Source: Coriobacteriia bacterium (GTDB lineage Bacteria; Actinomycetota; Coriobacteriia; Anaerosomatales; PALSA-660). From it: 64,000 nucleotides of DNA. Below the pieces are notes generated by a model that was given only the letters and a program-made list of their open reading frames with translations, searched no databases and was not told the DNA's origin. Of this stretch, positions 20,383 to 32,363 are shown one piece after another. Where the stretch lies: assembly GCA_025361335.1 (NCBI GenBank), contig JANYAK010000038.1:17047-81046 (forward strand). The letters are read 5' to 3'. Both the position numbers and the translations under genes were made by a program. Within the stretch, counting starts at the first letter, position 1. Each line of letters begins with the position of its first letter.

Positions 20383-22809
20383 TCACTCGTACGCGATGGC
20401 GTCGCGCACGCTGACCTGCGAGGCACGGAACGCCGGGAGCAGGCTCGCGCCCGCGGAGATGATCGAGACGATCGCCAGCCACAGGAACATCCCGCCCCAC
20501 GAGAACTCGTAGGACAGCGGGATGGTGATCGCCTTCTCGAGCAGCCGCACGAGCCCCAGGCTGACCGGGTAGGTGAACAGGGCCCCCAGCAGCCAGCTGA
20601 GCGTGCCGATGACCACGCCTTCGGTGACGAACACCTGGTAGATGGATGCGTGCGAGGCTCCGACCGCGCGCATCACGCCGATCTCGCGCGTGCTCTCGAG
20701 CACGTTGATGATCATGGTCCCCGACAGCCCGATGATGCCGACCGCGGCCAAGATGACCGCCATGATGATGAGGAACGTGACGAGGATGCCGAGTTCGCTG
20801 GAAAGGCTGGCTGCCATGGCCTTCTGGTTGCGGACGCTTGCGACGGCGAAGCCCGCATCCTTCAGCCGCTGCTCGAGCCGGTCGCCGGTCTGGCGCTGGC
20901 CGAAGTCCGTCTGGTCCGCGGCGCGCACCACCATCCGCCCGATGCCGCCGGCCTCAGCCAGCGCGCTCTCCAGATAGTTGCGCTCGACGAAGACCGCGGA
21001 CCCCATGAGCTGGCCCTGCACGATCCCCACGATCCGCCACTCCCGCTCCTTGTCGAGGACCGTGAACGTGCGCACGTCGCCGACATGGATGCCGTCGTCG
21101 TTGGCGACATCGGTGTTCACGACGACCTCGCCCTCGTCGCCCGGCGCCAGCCAACGGCCGGCGACGAGGCGAGGGGTCACGAACGTGGTCGTCGCTGGAA
21201 GACCGATCACGGAGATCCCCTCGTCCTCCGTGCCGCCAGGCCGCTTGAGCGAGGCCTGTCGCACGAGCCACGTCTCGACGGCCGTCACCCCGGGCGTCCG
21301 CAGCGCCTCGCGCTCCACCGCGGAGGCGTTGACCGGCTGCTGGAAGCTCACCTCGACGTCGTAGCGCCACCAGCTCGCGACATCGTCCACCGTGCGGAGC
21401 ATCGACGTGCGCACGCTCATGACCGACATGACGACCACGGACGCCAGGGTGAGCGTGGTCAGCGTCAGCGCGAGTCGGCCCTTGCGCAGGAAGGTGTTGC
21501 GCAGCGCCAGCGCCACCGGCCGCGGCAGCCCCCTCACGAGCCCGAGGATCCGATCGATGACACCGTGACCGAAGCCGGCGGCCGACATCCCCGTCGAGTT
21601 GAGGGCCCGCACCACCGTCACTCGCGTGCCGGAGCGGATCGGAAGGTAGGCCGCCGCGAGGGGCACGACGAGTCCCACGCAGATGGCCAGCGCGACGGCA
21701 TAGCCGGGCGGTCCGGCCGGGGCGTCGCCGAAGTTGAGCAGGCCGCCGCCGAACCTCGCGAACCAGGCCGCCCAGTAGCTTCCCGTCGGCAGGCCGACCG
21801 CGACGGCAAGCACGCCATACACGGCCACGAGCGCCAGGTACATCCACATGATCTGCGACGAGCGGGCGCCCACCGCCTTCATCACGCCGATCTGCCGGAC
21901 CTGCTGAGAGACCAGGGCGGATACCGTGTTGACGACGAGGAACCCCGACAGCATGAGCGCCATCACCCCGAGCGCGAGCAGAAGGACCGCCACCGCCCGG
22001 AAGATGTCGCCGAGGAAGTGGCTCCCGGGCTCGGGGACCTGCATGCCGAACACCCGCACGCCCCGAGGCGCCAGCACGTCGTCGCGCAGCCGTATCGCGA
22101 TGCGGCTGGCCTCGTCGCGGGTGATGTCGGGCCGGTCCATGGATACGACGATGCGGTTGTACTCCGCGGCCTGGCCGAGCGCCCCCATCTCGGCCATCGA
22201 GACGAACCCGCTGATGTGGCCCGAGAACATGGCCGGGATGGCGTTGATGTCGTGCGCATAGCCTGTGACGCGCAGGACGCGCTTCGTGCCGTCGCCCGCG
22301 TCGACCGTGATGACATCGCCGACGACGGGCGAATCCTGCTGGAGCGCGGAGCGCTCGAGGACGACCTCGCCGGCCGCGGGCGGCCACGAGACGCCTGAGT
22401 CGGGAAACACACGCTCCACGCGAGCGGTCGCCCAGTCCTCGGAAGCGACCAGCTCGATGCTGCGCGAGCGTTGCGCCAACGTGACACCCGCGGGGGGTTG
22501 GGCCTGGGAGCGCAGGTCTCCCGGAAGGTACCTGAACACGACGCTTCTGCGTCCAGCCACGGCACCCACGCCCGCGGAGCGTTCCACCGCGCGCAAGAGG
22601 TCGGATCCGCAGTCGCTCGTGTAGAGCGTCGCGTCACCCGGCACCGAGCGCGGAAAGTTCGCGTCGAAGGACTGCAGGAGCATGCCGCGGCCGCCGAGGA
22701 CCACGAGGATCGCGAACACACCGACGGCGATCGATAGGACGGTCAGCAGGGTCCTGACCTTGTGCGCCAGCAGGTCGCGGCCGATCTTGGCCCAACGGGG
22801 ATCAGGCAT
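20383..22809 (-). CDS. ABC exporter permease (duplicated FtsX/MacB-type)
   Basis: [13 protein letters not shown]; two [22 protein letters not shown] motifs. Confidence 0.92.
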   Translation of the reverse strand: MPDPRWAKIGRDLLAHKVRTLLTVLSIAVGVFAILVVLGGRGMLLQSFDANFPRSVPGDATLYTSDCGSDLLRAVERSAGVGAVAGRRSVVFRYLPGDLRSQAQPPAGVTLAQRSRSIELVASEDWATARVERVFPDSGVSWPPAAGEVVLERSALQQDSPVVGDVITVDAGDGTKRVLRVTGYAHDINAIPAMFSGHISGFVSMAEMGALGQAAEYNRIVVSMDRPDITRDEASRIAIRLRDDVLAPRGVRVFGMQVPEPGSHFLGDIFRAVAVLLLALGVMALMLSGFLVVNTVSALVSQQVRQIGVMKAVGARSSQIMWMYLALVAVYGVLAVAVGLPTGSYWAAWFARFGGGLLNFGDAPAGPPGYAVALAICVGLVVPLAAAYLPIRSGTRVTVVRALNSTGMSAAGFGHGVIDRILGLVRGLPRPVALALRNTFLRKGRLALTLTTLTLASVVVMSVMSVRTSMLRTVDDVASWWRYDVEVSFQQPVNASAVEREALRTPGVTAVETWLVRQASLKRPGGTEDEGISVIGLPATTTFVTPRLVAGRWLAPGDEGEVVVNTDVANDDGIHVGDVRTFTVLDKEREWRIVGIVQGQLMGSAVFVERNYLESALAEAGGIGRMVVRAADQTDFGQRQTGDRLEQRLKDAGFAVASVRNQKAMAASLSSELGILVTFLIIMAVILAAVGIIGLSGTMIINVLESTREIGVMRAVGASHASIYQVFVTEGVVIGTLSWLLGALFTYPVSLGLVRLLEKAITIPLSYEFSWGGMFLWLAIVSIISAGASLLPAFRASQVSVRDAIAYE

Positions 22810-23536
22810 CGCGGCGAGCCGGCACCCGCATCGGGTTCCGTGCATCCTCCACGATCTCGCCGTCACGGACGTGCAGGGCGCGCGTCACCCGGGCGGCGAG
22901 GTCGTCGTCATGGGTCACCATGACGATGGTCTTCCCTCGATGGACCAGCTGCTCGAACAGCCCGAAGACGGCCTCGGCCGTCGCGGAGTCCAGGTTCCCG
23001 GTCGGCTCGTCGGCCGCCAGGATCGGCGGGTCGTTTGCCAGGGCCCTCGCGATGGCGACCCGCTGCTGCTGGCCTCCCGACAGGGCGGCTGGGAGCTTGT
23101 ACGCCTGGTCGGCCATCTCGACCTGCTCTAGAAGGGCCATGGCGTAACCCTCCCGCTCCCGGCGGGCGTGCACGTTGCAGAAGTCCATTGGCAACATGAC
23201 GTTCTCCACGACCGTGAGCGTCGGGAGCAGCTGGAAGAACTGGAAGACGACGCCGATCGTGCGCCCGCGCCACATGGCCAGACGATTCTCCCCCAGCTCG
23301 TGCACCGGGGTCCCGGCCACGACGACGCCGCCGGACGTGGGCCGATCGATGCCGGTGATCATGTTGATCAGGGTCGTCTTCCCCGAACCCGACTTGCCGA
23401 TGAGCCCGACGAACTCTCCCGCCTCGACCGCGAGGTCGATGCTCTTGAGCGCGGTGAAAGGCACCTCGCCGGTGTCGTACACCTTGACGACCGACGACAG
23501 ATCGATGAGCGCGCTGCCCCTTGATTCGAGCGACAA
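22802..23536 (-). CDS. ABC transporter ATP-binding protein (LolD/MacB-like)
   Basis: [36 protein letters not shown] start inferred. Confidence 0.93.
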   Translation of the reverse strand: MSLESRGSALIDLSSVVKVYDTGEVPFTALKSIDLAVEAGEFVGLIGKSGSGKTTLINMITGIDRPTSGGVVVAGTPVHELGENRLAMWRGRTIGVVFQFFQLLPTLTVVENVMLPMDFCNVHARREREGYAMALLEQVEMADQAYKLPAALSGGQQQRVAIARALANDPPILAADEPTGNLDSATAEAVFGLFEQLVHRGKTIVMVTHDDDLAARVTRALHVRDGEIVEDARNPMRVPARRDA

Positions 23537-23660
23537 AGTCTTCGTTTCCCTTCGGAAGGACTCATCGCCCTCCAGCCGGCACATCGCGCGAGGGCGCCGC
23601 TCGAGGGTACGACTTCGCGCACGAGCGGCCAACCGTCGCTCGCCCGACGGCCGCGACGGA

Positions 23661-26170
23661 CTAGAGGGCCGGGCAGCGCCCGATCTCGATCAAAGTGCAG
23701 CCAGGATCGGCGGCCTGGAGGGCGGCGAGGGTCTCGCGATGACAGGTGAAGACGACGACCTGACGCACTGAGGCGAGATGCGCGATCGCCTCGGCCGCGC
23801 CCTGACGGCGCTCGGGGTCGAGATTGACGAGGATGTCATCCATGAGCACCGGCAGAGAGCCCCCCACCGCTCCGAGCTGCTCGATGAGCCCGATGCGCAT
23901 GGCGAGGTAGAGCGCCTCCGCCGTTCCGCGGGACAGCGACTCCGTCGTGTAGTCCGTGCCGCGACCTGTGACGACTTGGATGCTGCGCCCGCCCAAGGGA
24001 ACGTTGATGCGAGCGAACCGGTCGCCGGTGATCCGCCGGAAGACATCACCCGCCGCCGTGACGACCTGTGGCTGGCGATCCCGCTCGTACTTCTCCTGGG
24101 TGGCGCCGAGCAGGCGCGCGGCGCACGCGAGCACCGCGTAGTCGGACTGCGCCGAGATGATGCGTTCCTCCACCCCTGACTGTTCGGCGCGCACAGCGCC
24201 CATGCCGCTGTCGCGAGACTCGGTGTCGAGTCGGCCCTTCAGCTCCGACCGCTCCTCTGCGAGCGCCTCGAACGCGTCGCGTGCGGCCACGGCCTGCTCA
24301 TGGACGGCGTCGGCTGCGACTCTCAGCGCCGTCGCGCTGTCGGCGGCGTGCTCCGTCAGCACGGCCGCGATCGCGGCCTCCGCGCCCGCCGCGCGGCTGT
24401 CGAGGTCCGTCACGCGAGCTGTCGCGACCCGCAGGCGTTCGGCGGCCGAGTCGCGCTGGCTGGCGACCGCGCGGGCGGACGTGAGCGCCTCGCGTAGCCG
24501 CTCAGCGGTGACCGCCGCCGTCTCAGCCGTAGAGGCCGGCGCTTCGGGGACGAAGACCGCCACCAGAGCCGAGAGCCGGGCGGCGTACGCCTGGCGGTGG
24601 CTCGCTCGGAAGCGAGCGCCTCCGCGCGGACAGCGCGGTCGTTCTCAAGGGCGGCGATGGCCTTGCCGGCGGACACGACGGCCGCGGCTTCGGCCGGCGT
24701 GATGCCGGGCCGCAATCCCGCTGAAACCAACCATGCGGCCCACTCGCCGCGCGCCGACTCGACGTCGCCTGCGTCGTCGCTCGCGCGCTGCGCGGCCAGC
24801 CGAGCCGATGCGGTGAGCTCTTCCGTGCCAGGGGTTGTGCCCGGGGTCGTGCCCGAGACCGTGACTCGCACCCGCGAGAACAGAAAGAGAGCGCCCGTGG
24901 CCAGGAGCAGAAGGCCCATCAGCCACATCGGCCACTGTCCGATGAAGGCTCCCACCGCGACCGCAACGGCCCCGAACGCGAACATCGCATATGCAGCCGT
25001 GGGCCCGGGGCGCGCGCCGGAAGACTCGTCCGTCCGCGCCGCGACCCGCGAGGCGGCCTCCCCATCGCGCGCCGCCCGCCGCGACTCGTCCGCTCGAAGC
25101 GCCACGCGCTCGAGCCGCGTACGCCACTCCTCCACCTCCTCCGACTGCCCGAGCTGGATGCCGGGTGCGGCGCCGGCCGGGCCGCCGAGCGCGGCACGCT
25201 CGGCGGCCACGCGGCCGTCTATCTGGGCCAGTTCGGCCTCGGCCGCCGCGAGGCGCTCCATGCGGTCGCGATGCCCCGAGAGGTCGGCGAGGACCGCCTC
25301 GATCTCCGGCGCGGCGCCCAAGACCCGCCCGTCGGGTACGACCCCCGCCAAGGCGGCCCCTTCGCGCTCGACCTCGGCGCGCGCTTCGAGGAGTGCGGCT
25401 TCGGCTCCAGCCAGTTCGATGGCGCGCGCCTCGACCTGCTCGACCGCCCTCGATGTATCTCGTGAGGTCACCTCGAAGCGGTCCCGCTGAACCCGGGCAG
25501 TCTCGACCTCCGCGTCGAGGGTCTCGAGTCGCGCTCTGTCGGCTGCGAACGTCTCGGCTTCGGCCGCGAGGGCCTGCAGGCGCACGCGCAGCTCGTCACG
25601 CTCGGCGAGCAGCGTGTTGAGGCGGCGTCGCGTCGCGCCCGGAGCCCATATGGCGCCGGCGGAATCCAAGAGCCTGGCCCGCACCTCCACGGGGTTCACC
25701 GCGACCCCCGTGCCCGCGGAGTAGAGCCTCCCGACGATGTCGTCACCCGAGTCCCTCATCTGCTCGATGGCGGCGAGGTCGCTGAGTCCGAAGCCGAACA
25801 CGACTCGGTAGGCGCTCTCGCTCACTCCGCTCACGAGGTCGTCTCGAAGCTGACCGGGATAGTCGGCGCCGCGGAGGGTCCGCACGGAGACTGGACCGCC
25901 GTGCACGCCGTCGACACGCTCGAGCGCCCACACGCCGTGGTCGCCTTCGAACACCAACCTGCCGTGACGGTCGCCGGCTCGCGGGGCGTACGAAGCCTCC
26001 TTCGCGTTCCTCTTGGGAAAGCCGTACAGCAGGTGCCGGACCAGGGCCGTGAACGTGCTCTTGCCCGCCTCGTTCGGCCCGAGCACCACCGTCAGCCCGT
26101 CGCCGAACTCCTCGAGAAGGGCATCCGAAAGGCCGCCATAGCGGATGGCCTCGACCCGTCGCAGCCTCAT
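23661..26170 (-). pseudogene. YhaN-like SMC/Rad50-family ATPase split by a 1-nt frameshift near 24592
   Basis: Walker A GPNEAGKST is in ORF 24410..26170. Signature LSRGT and Walker B MDDILVNLD are in ORF 23661..24563. Confidence 0.8.
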
Positions 26171-27435
26171 CGTGCCCCGTCCTCAGCGAGCAGCCGATCG
26201 AGGCAGAGGTCGCGAGCCCGTTCCAGGACCGTCCGAGGGTCAAGGTCCACGGCCGACCCGCCCACCTTCTTGCGCACGGGATCGATCACTTCGGCGAACA
26301 TCGCCTCGATCGCGACCTCGTCGGCCAGGACCCCGTCGGCGAGCCGTACCAGGTCGCCGACGAAGTCCTCCTGTGCCCTCAACGCCTCCAAGTCCACGGT
26401 CGCCGATGTGAGGTCGCGGACGCGGTCGACCCAGAGCCATGGCTGGCGGGACATGAGATCGAGGCGCAGATGGGAGACGATCTGGGCCAGCGCGGTCGCG
26501 CCCGAGCCATCCTCACGGGCGAGGTCCGCGTGCGCCTCGCTACGACCGACCAGGTCGATGCGCAGGCTCACCGGGATGTCTCCCTCGCCGGCCACCTCGA
26601 TGCAGGCGGACCGCAAGGCATCATGCACCGCTTCGAGATCGGACAGGGCGCCCGCTTCAACGGTCAACCTCGCCCAGCGCACAGCAGCGGTCGGGAGGAG
26701 TTCCTCGCTCACGACACCGCCCGCGATCTCGACCAGCAGACAGCCGTGCTCACCGTCCTCTTTGGGGTTGAGCCCCTGCGGACTTCCGGCATAGTTGACT
26801 CGCGGCTTGTCGGACAGCCGTGACGGCTTGTGGATGTGACCGAGCGCCCAGTAGTCCATCCCCGCCGCGCGCAGGTCCTCGAGCGAGCATGGCGCATACG
26901 GCTCGTACTCGGTGTCGCCGCCCACGTTGGCGTGCAGCACGCCGATGGATACCGCCTCGCCGTCCTGTCGGACGAAGCCGCGGGCAAGGTTCGCGGTCTC
27001 GGCGGCGGTCCCGAAACTGCGGCCGTACAGGGAGCAGAGAGGCTCGCCTTCGCGTTCCACGACCAGTCGTTCGACGGTCGTGTGCGAGAACACGTGGACC
27101 GACGGCGGCAACGGGAGGCGAGCCGACCAGCCGTTCGCGGGGTCGTGGTTGCCGTGAGCGATGAAGACTTCCACTCCCGCGTCCGCCAACCGCCTCATGC
27201 CGTCGGCGAAGCGCAGTTGGGCGCGGACGCTCCTGTCGGCAGCGTTGTACACGTCGCCCGCTAGCACAAGGAAGTCGACCTCGCGCTCTATCGCGGCCGA
27301 CACGACGGCGTCGAAAGCGACATACGTCGAATCCACGAGCACGGATCGAACGCGAGGATCCGCGGCGTCGATGCCCTTGAACGGCGCGTCGAGGTGAAGA
27401 TCGGCGGCGTGGATGAATCGAACTGGCCGAGTCAT
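26167..27435 (-). CDS. YhaO/SbcD-Mre11-like DNA repair metallophosphoesterase
   Basis: FIHAADLHLD, LAGDVYN, HGNHD, YWALGHIH. Confidence 0.93.
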   Translation of the reverse strand: MTRPVRFIHAADLHLDAPFKGIDAADPRVRSVLVDSTYVAFDAVVSAAIEREVDFLVLAGDVYNAADRSVRAQLRFADGMRRLADAGVEVFIAHGNHDPANGWSARLPLPPSVHVFSHTTVERLVVEREGEPLCSLYGRSFGTAAETANLARGFVRQDGEAVSIGVLHANVGGDTEYEPYAPCSLEDLRAAGMDYWALGHIHKPSRLSDKPRVNYAGSPQGLNPKEDGEHGCLLVEIAGGVVSEELLPTAAVRWARLTVEAGALSDLEAVHDALRSACIEVAGEGDIPVSLRIDLVGRSEAHADLAREDGSGATALAQIVSHLRLDLMSRQPWLWVDRVRDLTSATVDLEALRAQEDFVGDLVRLADGVLADEVAIEAMFAEVIDPVRKKVGGSAVDLDPRTVLERARDLCLDRLLAEDGAR

Positions 27436-27550
27436 GGTCCTCCCCGAGTCCGTCGGCGCCCCATTCTACCGCGGGGCGCTGACACGCCCGCCGAGACCGG
27501 GCCGACCGCATGGCCAAGCGTCAGGCCAGGTTGGCTTCACGCGAACGGGA

Positions 27551-27640
27551 TCACTGCAGGGTCAGGCCGCCGTCCTGCCCAAGGTCCACCCTCACTGTGT
27601 CCCCCTCGTGGACGGAGCCGTCGATGAGCGCCTTGGCCAC
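27551..27640 (-). pseudogene. 3'-terminal remnant of clpB (30 codons)
   Basis: VAKALIDGSVHEGDTVRVDLGQDGGLTLQ* resembles the ClpB C-terminus and lies downstream of hspR. Confidence 0.65.
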
Positions 27641-27662
27641 GCACCCTTCGCATCGCTGGGGG

Positions 27663-27708
27663 AAACAACGGAGCCGGCGCCCCCGTCAAGGGGACCCCGG
27701 CTCCCGTT
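27663..27708 (-). terminator. Intrinsic terminator after the lipoprotein gene/dnaK operon
   Basis: GGAGCCGG...CCCC-TTGAC-GGGG...CCGGCTCC followed by GTTGTTT. Confidence 0.65.
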
Positions 27709-27721
27709 CTCACTCGTCGAG

Positions 27722-28120
27722 CTACTTAGCGCCGGTCACCATCCACTTACCCTTGACGTTGGCCAACGTCACCTTGGTGAAGTCGGCCGCGGCCGCGCCG
27801 GCTACCAAGTCCTTCGGACCGCGCAGCGCGCCCGTCACGACGATCTGGTCCTTCGCGTCCGACACGTAGTTCATGTAGACATAGACGGGATCCCCGACCG
27901 TGAAGGACGCCGCCTTGAGGACGTCCAGCATCTCGCCGCGGACGCTGTCAGGCACGACCAGGTTCGCCGCGCCCGCGGGTACGCCCGTGCCGCTCGGGCC
28001 CCCGGGTGACTCCTTCGTCCCGCCGCAGCCCGTCAGCGCGACCGCCATCATCACCATCGCGGCGATCGCCGCCATGGCGACCGCCTTGTGAAGCCCGCTC
28101 CCTGTGCGTAGTGCTCTCAT
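27722..28120 (-). CDS. Hypothetical lipoprotein
   Basis: Signal peptide with lipobox LTGC; C-terminal KVTLANVKGKWMVTG. Confidence 0.8.
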   Translation of the reverse strand: MRALRTGSGLHKAVAMAAIAAMVMMAVALTGCGGTKESPGGPSGTGVPAGAANLVVPDSVRGEMLDVLKAASFTVGDPVYVYMNYVSDAKDQIVVTGALRGPKDLVAGAAAADFTKVTLANVKGKWMVTGAK

Positions 28121-28195
28121 TCCTGCCCCCTGCTCGTCGCATCCGTGTCGTGGCGTGCTATCCATTCGGCGCGCACGGCGCCATTCCTGTACATG

Positions 28196-28627
28196 CTACG
28201 CCGACCGGTGCGCATCGCGCACGACTCTCGCGATGCCGCCTCGGGGAACGAGCACGATCTCGCGGCGATACGACGCGTGTGCCGACTGGATCTCCTGGTC
28301 CATCCGCAGGCGTATCTCCTCCGCAAGCCCCCGCAGAGCGTCTATCTCCGCAAGGAGGTGGGCCCGCTCATCTTCAAGCTCGATGATACGCATCACGCCG
28401 GCGAGGTTGATCCCTTCCTGGGAGAGGTTCTGGATGAACCGCAGCCGCTCGATATCAGCGTCCGAGTACAATCTCGTGTTCCCAGAGGATCGTCTCGGCC
28501 GCAGCAGATGACGGCGCTCGTACACGCGCAGGGTCTGCGGATGCATGCCGGAGAGCTCCGCCGCCACGCTGATCATGTATACGGGCCGCTCGTCGCTCGG
28601 GTCCGCGGCCCTGCTCCTTGCCGTCAT
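28196..28627 (-). CDS. hspR: Heat-shock repressor HspR (MerR family)
   Basis: PVYMISVAAELSGMHPQTLRVYER, GINLAGV; last gene of the dnaK operon. Confidence 0.95.
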   Translation of the reverse strand: MTARSRAADPSDERPVYMISVAAELSGMHPQTLRVYERRHLLRPRRSSGNTRLYSDADIERLRFIQNLSQEGINLAGVMRIIELEDERAHLLAEIDALRGLAEEIRLRMDQEIQSAHASYRREIVLVPRGGIARVVRDAHRSA

Positions 28628-28636
28628 CGCGTCACG

Positions 28637-29767
28637 TCACCCTCGTCCAGTACGCTGGAGATGCCCGCGCACGTCTTCATCCCGAGCGGAGGCGAAGCGT
28701 TTGAGGAGTTCCTTCTGCTCCGCGCTCATCTCCCTCGGTGTGACCACCTGCACCTTCACCTTCATGTCACCACGCGCTCCACCCTTGAGCTTCGGCGCGC
28801 CCTTGCCCGGCAACTTGAACACCTTACCGGTCTGCGTGCCCTCCTTCATCTTGAGCTTCACGCGTCCGTCCGGCGTCGGCACCTCGAGTTCGGCTCCGAG
28901 CGCAGCCTCCGTCACAGTCACGGGCAGGTCGAGCAGGATGTCGGCGCCGTCGCGCGTGAAGAAAGGGTGCGGGCGGATGTGGGTGACCACGTACAGATCG
29001 CCCGCTGGGCCTCCCGACGACCCGGGCTCACCCTTGCCGCCGAACCGGATCTTGCCGCCATCGGTGACACCGGCGGGGATCTGAACGGTGAGGGGCTTCA
29101 CCCTCACAACGCTTCCCTTACCGCGGCACGTGCCACATGGGGTCTCGACCACCTGCCCTGAGCCGCCGCACCGGGGACATGCCCGCGAGACGGCGAACAT
29201 GCCCTGACCCTGAGCGGAGCGGCCGCTGCCCTTGCAGACGGGACACGTGGTGGGGCCGGTGCCGGGAGCCGCACCCGACCCCTTGCAGGTCGAGCACCTC
29301 TCACTGCGCTGGACCTCGACCTTGCTCGAGACACCCGTGAAAGCCTCATCGAAGGACAACGTCACGTCGTACTGAAGATCCCGACCCCGTTGCGCGCGAG
29401 GCGCGCCTCCACCACCCCCGCCCACCCCTGAGAATACGGAGCCGAAGATGTCGCCGAACCCGCCCAGATCGCCCAGGTCCACGTTCTGGTGATTGAAGCC
29501 CCCGGGAGCCCCAGGGCCCCCCGGGCGCCGGCCGGCCCCTCCGGGAGGGGGGTTGCCGCCGAAGTACTGTCCGAACTGATCGTATTCCTTGCGCTTCTCG
29601 GGATCGGAAAGGGTCTGATACGCTTCGTTGAGTTCCTTGAACCGCTCCTCCGTGCCACCCGTGTCGGGGTGATGCTTCCGCGACAGGCGCCGGAAGGCCT
29701 TCTTGATCTCATCCGCGGACGCCGACTTCGGCAGTCCGAGCACCTCGTAGTAGTCCTTCGACGCCAT
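28637..29767 (-). CDS. dnaJ: Chaperone DnaJ
   Basis: J-domain HPD, G/F region, four CxxCxGxG repeats. Confidence 0.97.
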   Translation of the reverse strand: MASKDYYEVLGLPKSASADEIKKAFRRLSRKHHPDTGGTEERFKELNEAYQTLSDPEKRKEYDQFGQYFGGNPPPGGAGRRPGGPGAPGGFNHQNVDLGDLGGFGDIFGSVFSGVGGGGGGAPRAQRGRDLQYDVTLSFDEAFTGVSSKVEVQRSERCSTCKGSGAAPGTGPTTCPVCKGSGRSAQGQGMFAVSRACPRCGGSGQVVETPCGTCRGKGSVVRVKPLTVQIPAGVTDGGKIRFGGKGEPGSSGGPAGDLYVVTHIRPHPFFTRDGADILLDLPVTVTEAALGAELEVPTPDGRVKLKMKEGTQTGKVFKLPGKGAPKLKGGARGDMKVKVQVVTPREMSAEQKELLKRFASARDEDVRGHLQRTGRG

Positions 29768-29775
29768 GGCCGCAG

Positions 29776-30372
29776 CTACTCCCCCGTCGGCGTCTTCCGG
29801 CCGGGGCCGCCGCTGCTGACGACGACCATCGCATACCGCAGGACCCGCCCGTGCATCGAATAGCCCTTCTGGAACACCTCGACGACGGTGTGCTCGGGGA
29901 ACTCGGCGTCCTCCCGCTGCGTGACAGCCTGATGCATGTGGGGGTCGAACTCCTCACCGAAGGGGTCGATGACGTCCACGCCCTCGCGCGCCAGGACGTC
30001 GAGCAGTTGGGTGTGGACCATCTCGACGCCCGTGAGCAGATGTGACGAATCCCGGCCGGCCGCGGTGTGGTCGATGGTCCGCTCAAGATCGTCGATGACC
30101 GGCAGAAGCCTCTCGACGACGCGCTCGCTCGCGCGCAGCACTTGGTCCTGCGCCGCCGCTGCTTGACGCTTGCGGAAGTTCTCGAACTCGGCCTGCCACC
30201 TGGCCGCGGCCTCCAAGTTGCGGGCCGCCTCCGCACGGGCCTCGGCGAGGTCGGCCTCCAGATCAGGCCGATCGGAGAACTGGGCGCCGAGGTCCTCGAC
30301 CACTTCCGGGTCCGCGGCCCTTCCGCGGACGCGATCGTCGCGCCCAGGATGCGGGTCCTTGCGCGGAACCAT
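29776..30372 (-). CDS. grpE: Nucleotide exchange factor GrpE
   Basis: AEFENFRKR, LLPVIDDLER, FDPHMHQAV, KGY.MHGRVLR. Confidence 0.96.
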   Translation of the reverse strand: MVPRKDPHPGRDDRVRGRAADPEVVEDLGAQFSDRPDLEADLAEARAEAARNLEAAARWQAEFENFRKRQAAAAQDQVLRASERVVERLLPVIDDLERTIDHTAAGRDSSHLLTGVEMVHTQLLDVLAREGVDVIDPFGEEFDPHMHQAVTQREDAEFPEHTVVEVFQKGYSMHGRVLRYAMVVVSSGGPGRKTPTGE

Positions 30373-30375
30373 GGC

Positions 30376-32277
30376 CTACTTCTTCCCTTCGTCGTCGACG
30401 ACCTCGAAATCGGCGACCTCCTCGTCCGCAGGCGGCTCATCGCCTTCCGGAGTCTCGGTGCCCGACGCCTCGTTATCGGCGCTCTGGTAGACGATCTCGG
30501 CCAGCTTGTAGGACGCCTCCTGCAGAGTCGTCGATGCGCTCTTGATGGCGTCGGCGTCCTCGCCTTCGAGCGCCTTCTTGACGTCCGATATGGCGGACTC
30601 GACGGTCGAACGTGTGTCACCGGGGACCTTGTCGCCAAGGTCTTTCAGGGTCTTCTCCGTGCTGTAGACCAGGGTGTCGGCAACGTTGCGGGCCTCCACG
30701 GCCTCCTTCTTGGCGCTGTCCTCGGATGCGTGCGCCTCGGCATCCTTGACGAGCCTGTCGACCTCGTCGTCCGAGAGCGCGGTCGAACCGGAGATCGTGA
30801 TCTTCTGCTCCTGCCCGGTCCCGCGATCCTTGGCCGACACGTTGACGATGCCGTTCGCGTCGATGTCGAAGGTGACCTCGACCTGCGGCACACCGCGCGG
30901 CGCGGGCGGGATGTTGGCCAGGCTGAACTTGCCGAGGGTCTTGTTGCCCGACGCGATGTCGCGCTCGCCTTGCAAGACATGGATCTCCACGGACGTCTGG
31001 CCGTCGGCCGCGGTGGTGTAGGTCTCCGTCTTGCGGGTCGGGATGGTGGTGTTGCGATCGATCATCTTGGTCATGACGCCGCCCAGGGTCTCAACGCCCA
31101 GCGAGAGAGGAGTCACGTCGAGCAACAGGATGCCCTTGACGTCGCCGCCGAGCACGCCGCCCTGGATGGCGGCGCCCAGCGCGACGACCTCATCGGGGTT
31201 GACGCCCATGTGGGGATCGCGTCCCGTGAGGTTCTTGACCATCTCTTGCACGGCAGGCATGCGGGTCGAGCCTCCGACCAGGATGACCTCGTCCAGGTCG
31301 CCCATCTTCATGCCCGCGTCCTTCATGGCCGCCTCGACCGGCTTCTTGCAGCGGTCGAGGAGGTCGGCCGTGATCTTGAGGAACTCGGCGCGCGTCAACT
31401 CGTAGTCGAGGTGCTTCGGGCCCGATGCGTCAGCCGTGATGAACGGCAGGTTGATCTGGACGGTCTGGGCCTGAGACAGCTCCATCTTGCCCTGCTCGGC
31501 CTTCTCCTTGAGCCTCTGCAGGGCCATCTTGTCGGCGCGCAGGTCGATGCCGTGGTCGTTCTTGAACTTGTCGGCGAGCCAGTCGATGACGCGCTGGTCC
31601 CAGTCGTCGCCGCCGAGATGGTTGTCGCCGTTGGTCGACTTGACTTCGTACACGCCGTCGCCGAGCTCGAGGATCGACACATCGAACGTGCCGCCGCCGA
31701 GGTCGTACACGAGAACCGTCTGCTCCTTGGAGCCCTTGTCGAGGCCGTATGCCAACGCCGCGGCAGTCGGCTCGTTGATGATACGCAGGACCTCGAGCCC
31801 GGCGATCTTGCCCGCGTCCTTGGTCGCCTGGCGCTGCATGTCGTTGAAGTACGCCGGGACGGTGATGACCGCCTGCGTGACGGTCTCGCCCAGATAGGCC
31901 TCGGCATCCGTCTTGAGCTTCTGCAGGATCATCGCGGAGATCTCCTCCGGCATGTACTGCGTGCCCTCGACGTCGACGACGGCGCGTCCGTCCTTGCCCT
32001 TCTCGACCTTGAACGCCACGGTCTTGCGCTCAGAAGCGGTTTCCTCGAACTTCCGCCCGACGAACCGCTTGATGGACTTGATGGTGTTCTCGGGGTTCGT
32101 GATGGCCTGGTTCTTGGCCGCCTTGCCGACGATGCGCTCCCCGTCCTTGCGGAACGCGACCACCGACGGCGTGGTGCGATCGCCCTCTGCGTTGATGATG
32201 ATCGACGGTTCTCCGCCTTCAAGGACGGCCATCGCCGAGTTGGTGGTGCCCAAGTCAATTCCGATTACCTTGCCCAT
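30376..32277 (-). CDS. dnaK: Chaperone DnaK
   Basis: [34 protein letters not shown]. Confidence 0.99.
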   Translation of the reverse strand: MGKVIGIDLGTTNSAMAVLEGGEPSIIINAEGDRTTPSVVAFRKDGERIVGKAAKNQAITNPENTIKSIKRFVGRKFEETASERKTVAFKVEKGKDGRAVVDVEGTQYMPEEISAMILQKLKTDAEAYLGETVTQAVITVPAYFNDMQRQATKDAGKIAGLEVLRIINEPTAAALAYGLDKGSKEQTVLVYDLGGGTFDVSILELGDGVYEVKSTNGDNHLGGDDWDQRVIDWLADKFKNDHGIDLRADKMALQRLKEKAEQGKMELSQAQTVQINLPFITADASGPKHLDYELTRAEFLKITADLLDRCKKPVEAAMKDAGMKMGDLDEVILVGGSTRMPAVQEMVKNLTGRDPHMGVNPDEVVALGAAIQGGVLGGDVKGILLLDVTPLSLGVETLGGVMTKMIDRNTTIPTRKTETYTTAADGQTSVEIHVLQGERDIASGNKTLGKFSLANIPPAPRGVPQVEVTFDIDANGIVNVSAKDRGTGQEQKITISGSTALSDDEVDRLVKDAEAHASEDSAKKEAVEARNVADTLVYSTEKTLKDLGDKVPGDTRSTVESAISDVKKALEGEDADAIKSASTTLQEASYKLAEIVYQSADNEASGTETPEGDEPPADEEVADFEVVDDEGKK

Positions 32278-32333
32278 GGTCCGATCGACTCCTTCCGGTG
32301 TGCATCGACGCCGCCTGACAGCATCGGCGTCCT

Positions 32334-32363
32334 ACAGTAGAATCTGAGTGTATGCGTGTCAAG
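32334..32363 (-). promoter_or_regulatory. dnaK sigma70 promoter overlapped by a HAIR-like HspR operator
   Basis: TTGACA-N17-TACTGT. CTTGACA-N7-ACTCAGA (32343-32363) matches the HAIR consensus CTTGAGT-N7-ACTCAAG at 10/14. Confidence 0.75.

Noticed and set aside
19498-22398. Very long alternative ORFs (966 aa here; also 33253..36885, 3859..6153 and 30067..32340)
   Set aside because: They are antisense or off-frame shadows of well-supported genes, expected in ~70% GC DNA, and have no recognisable motifs.
24825-24853. GTTPGTTPGT 12-bp tandem repeat in the yhaN-like gene
   Set aside because: A short, degenerate, in-frame linker duplication with no evidence of phase variation.
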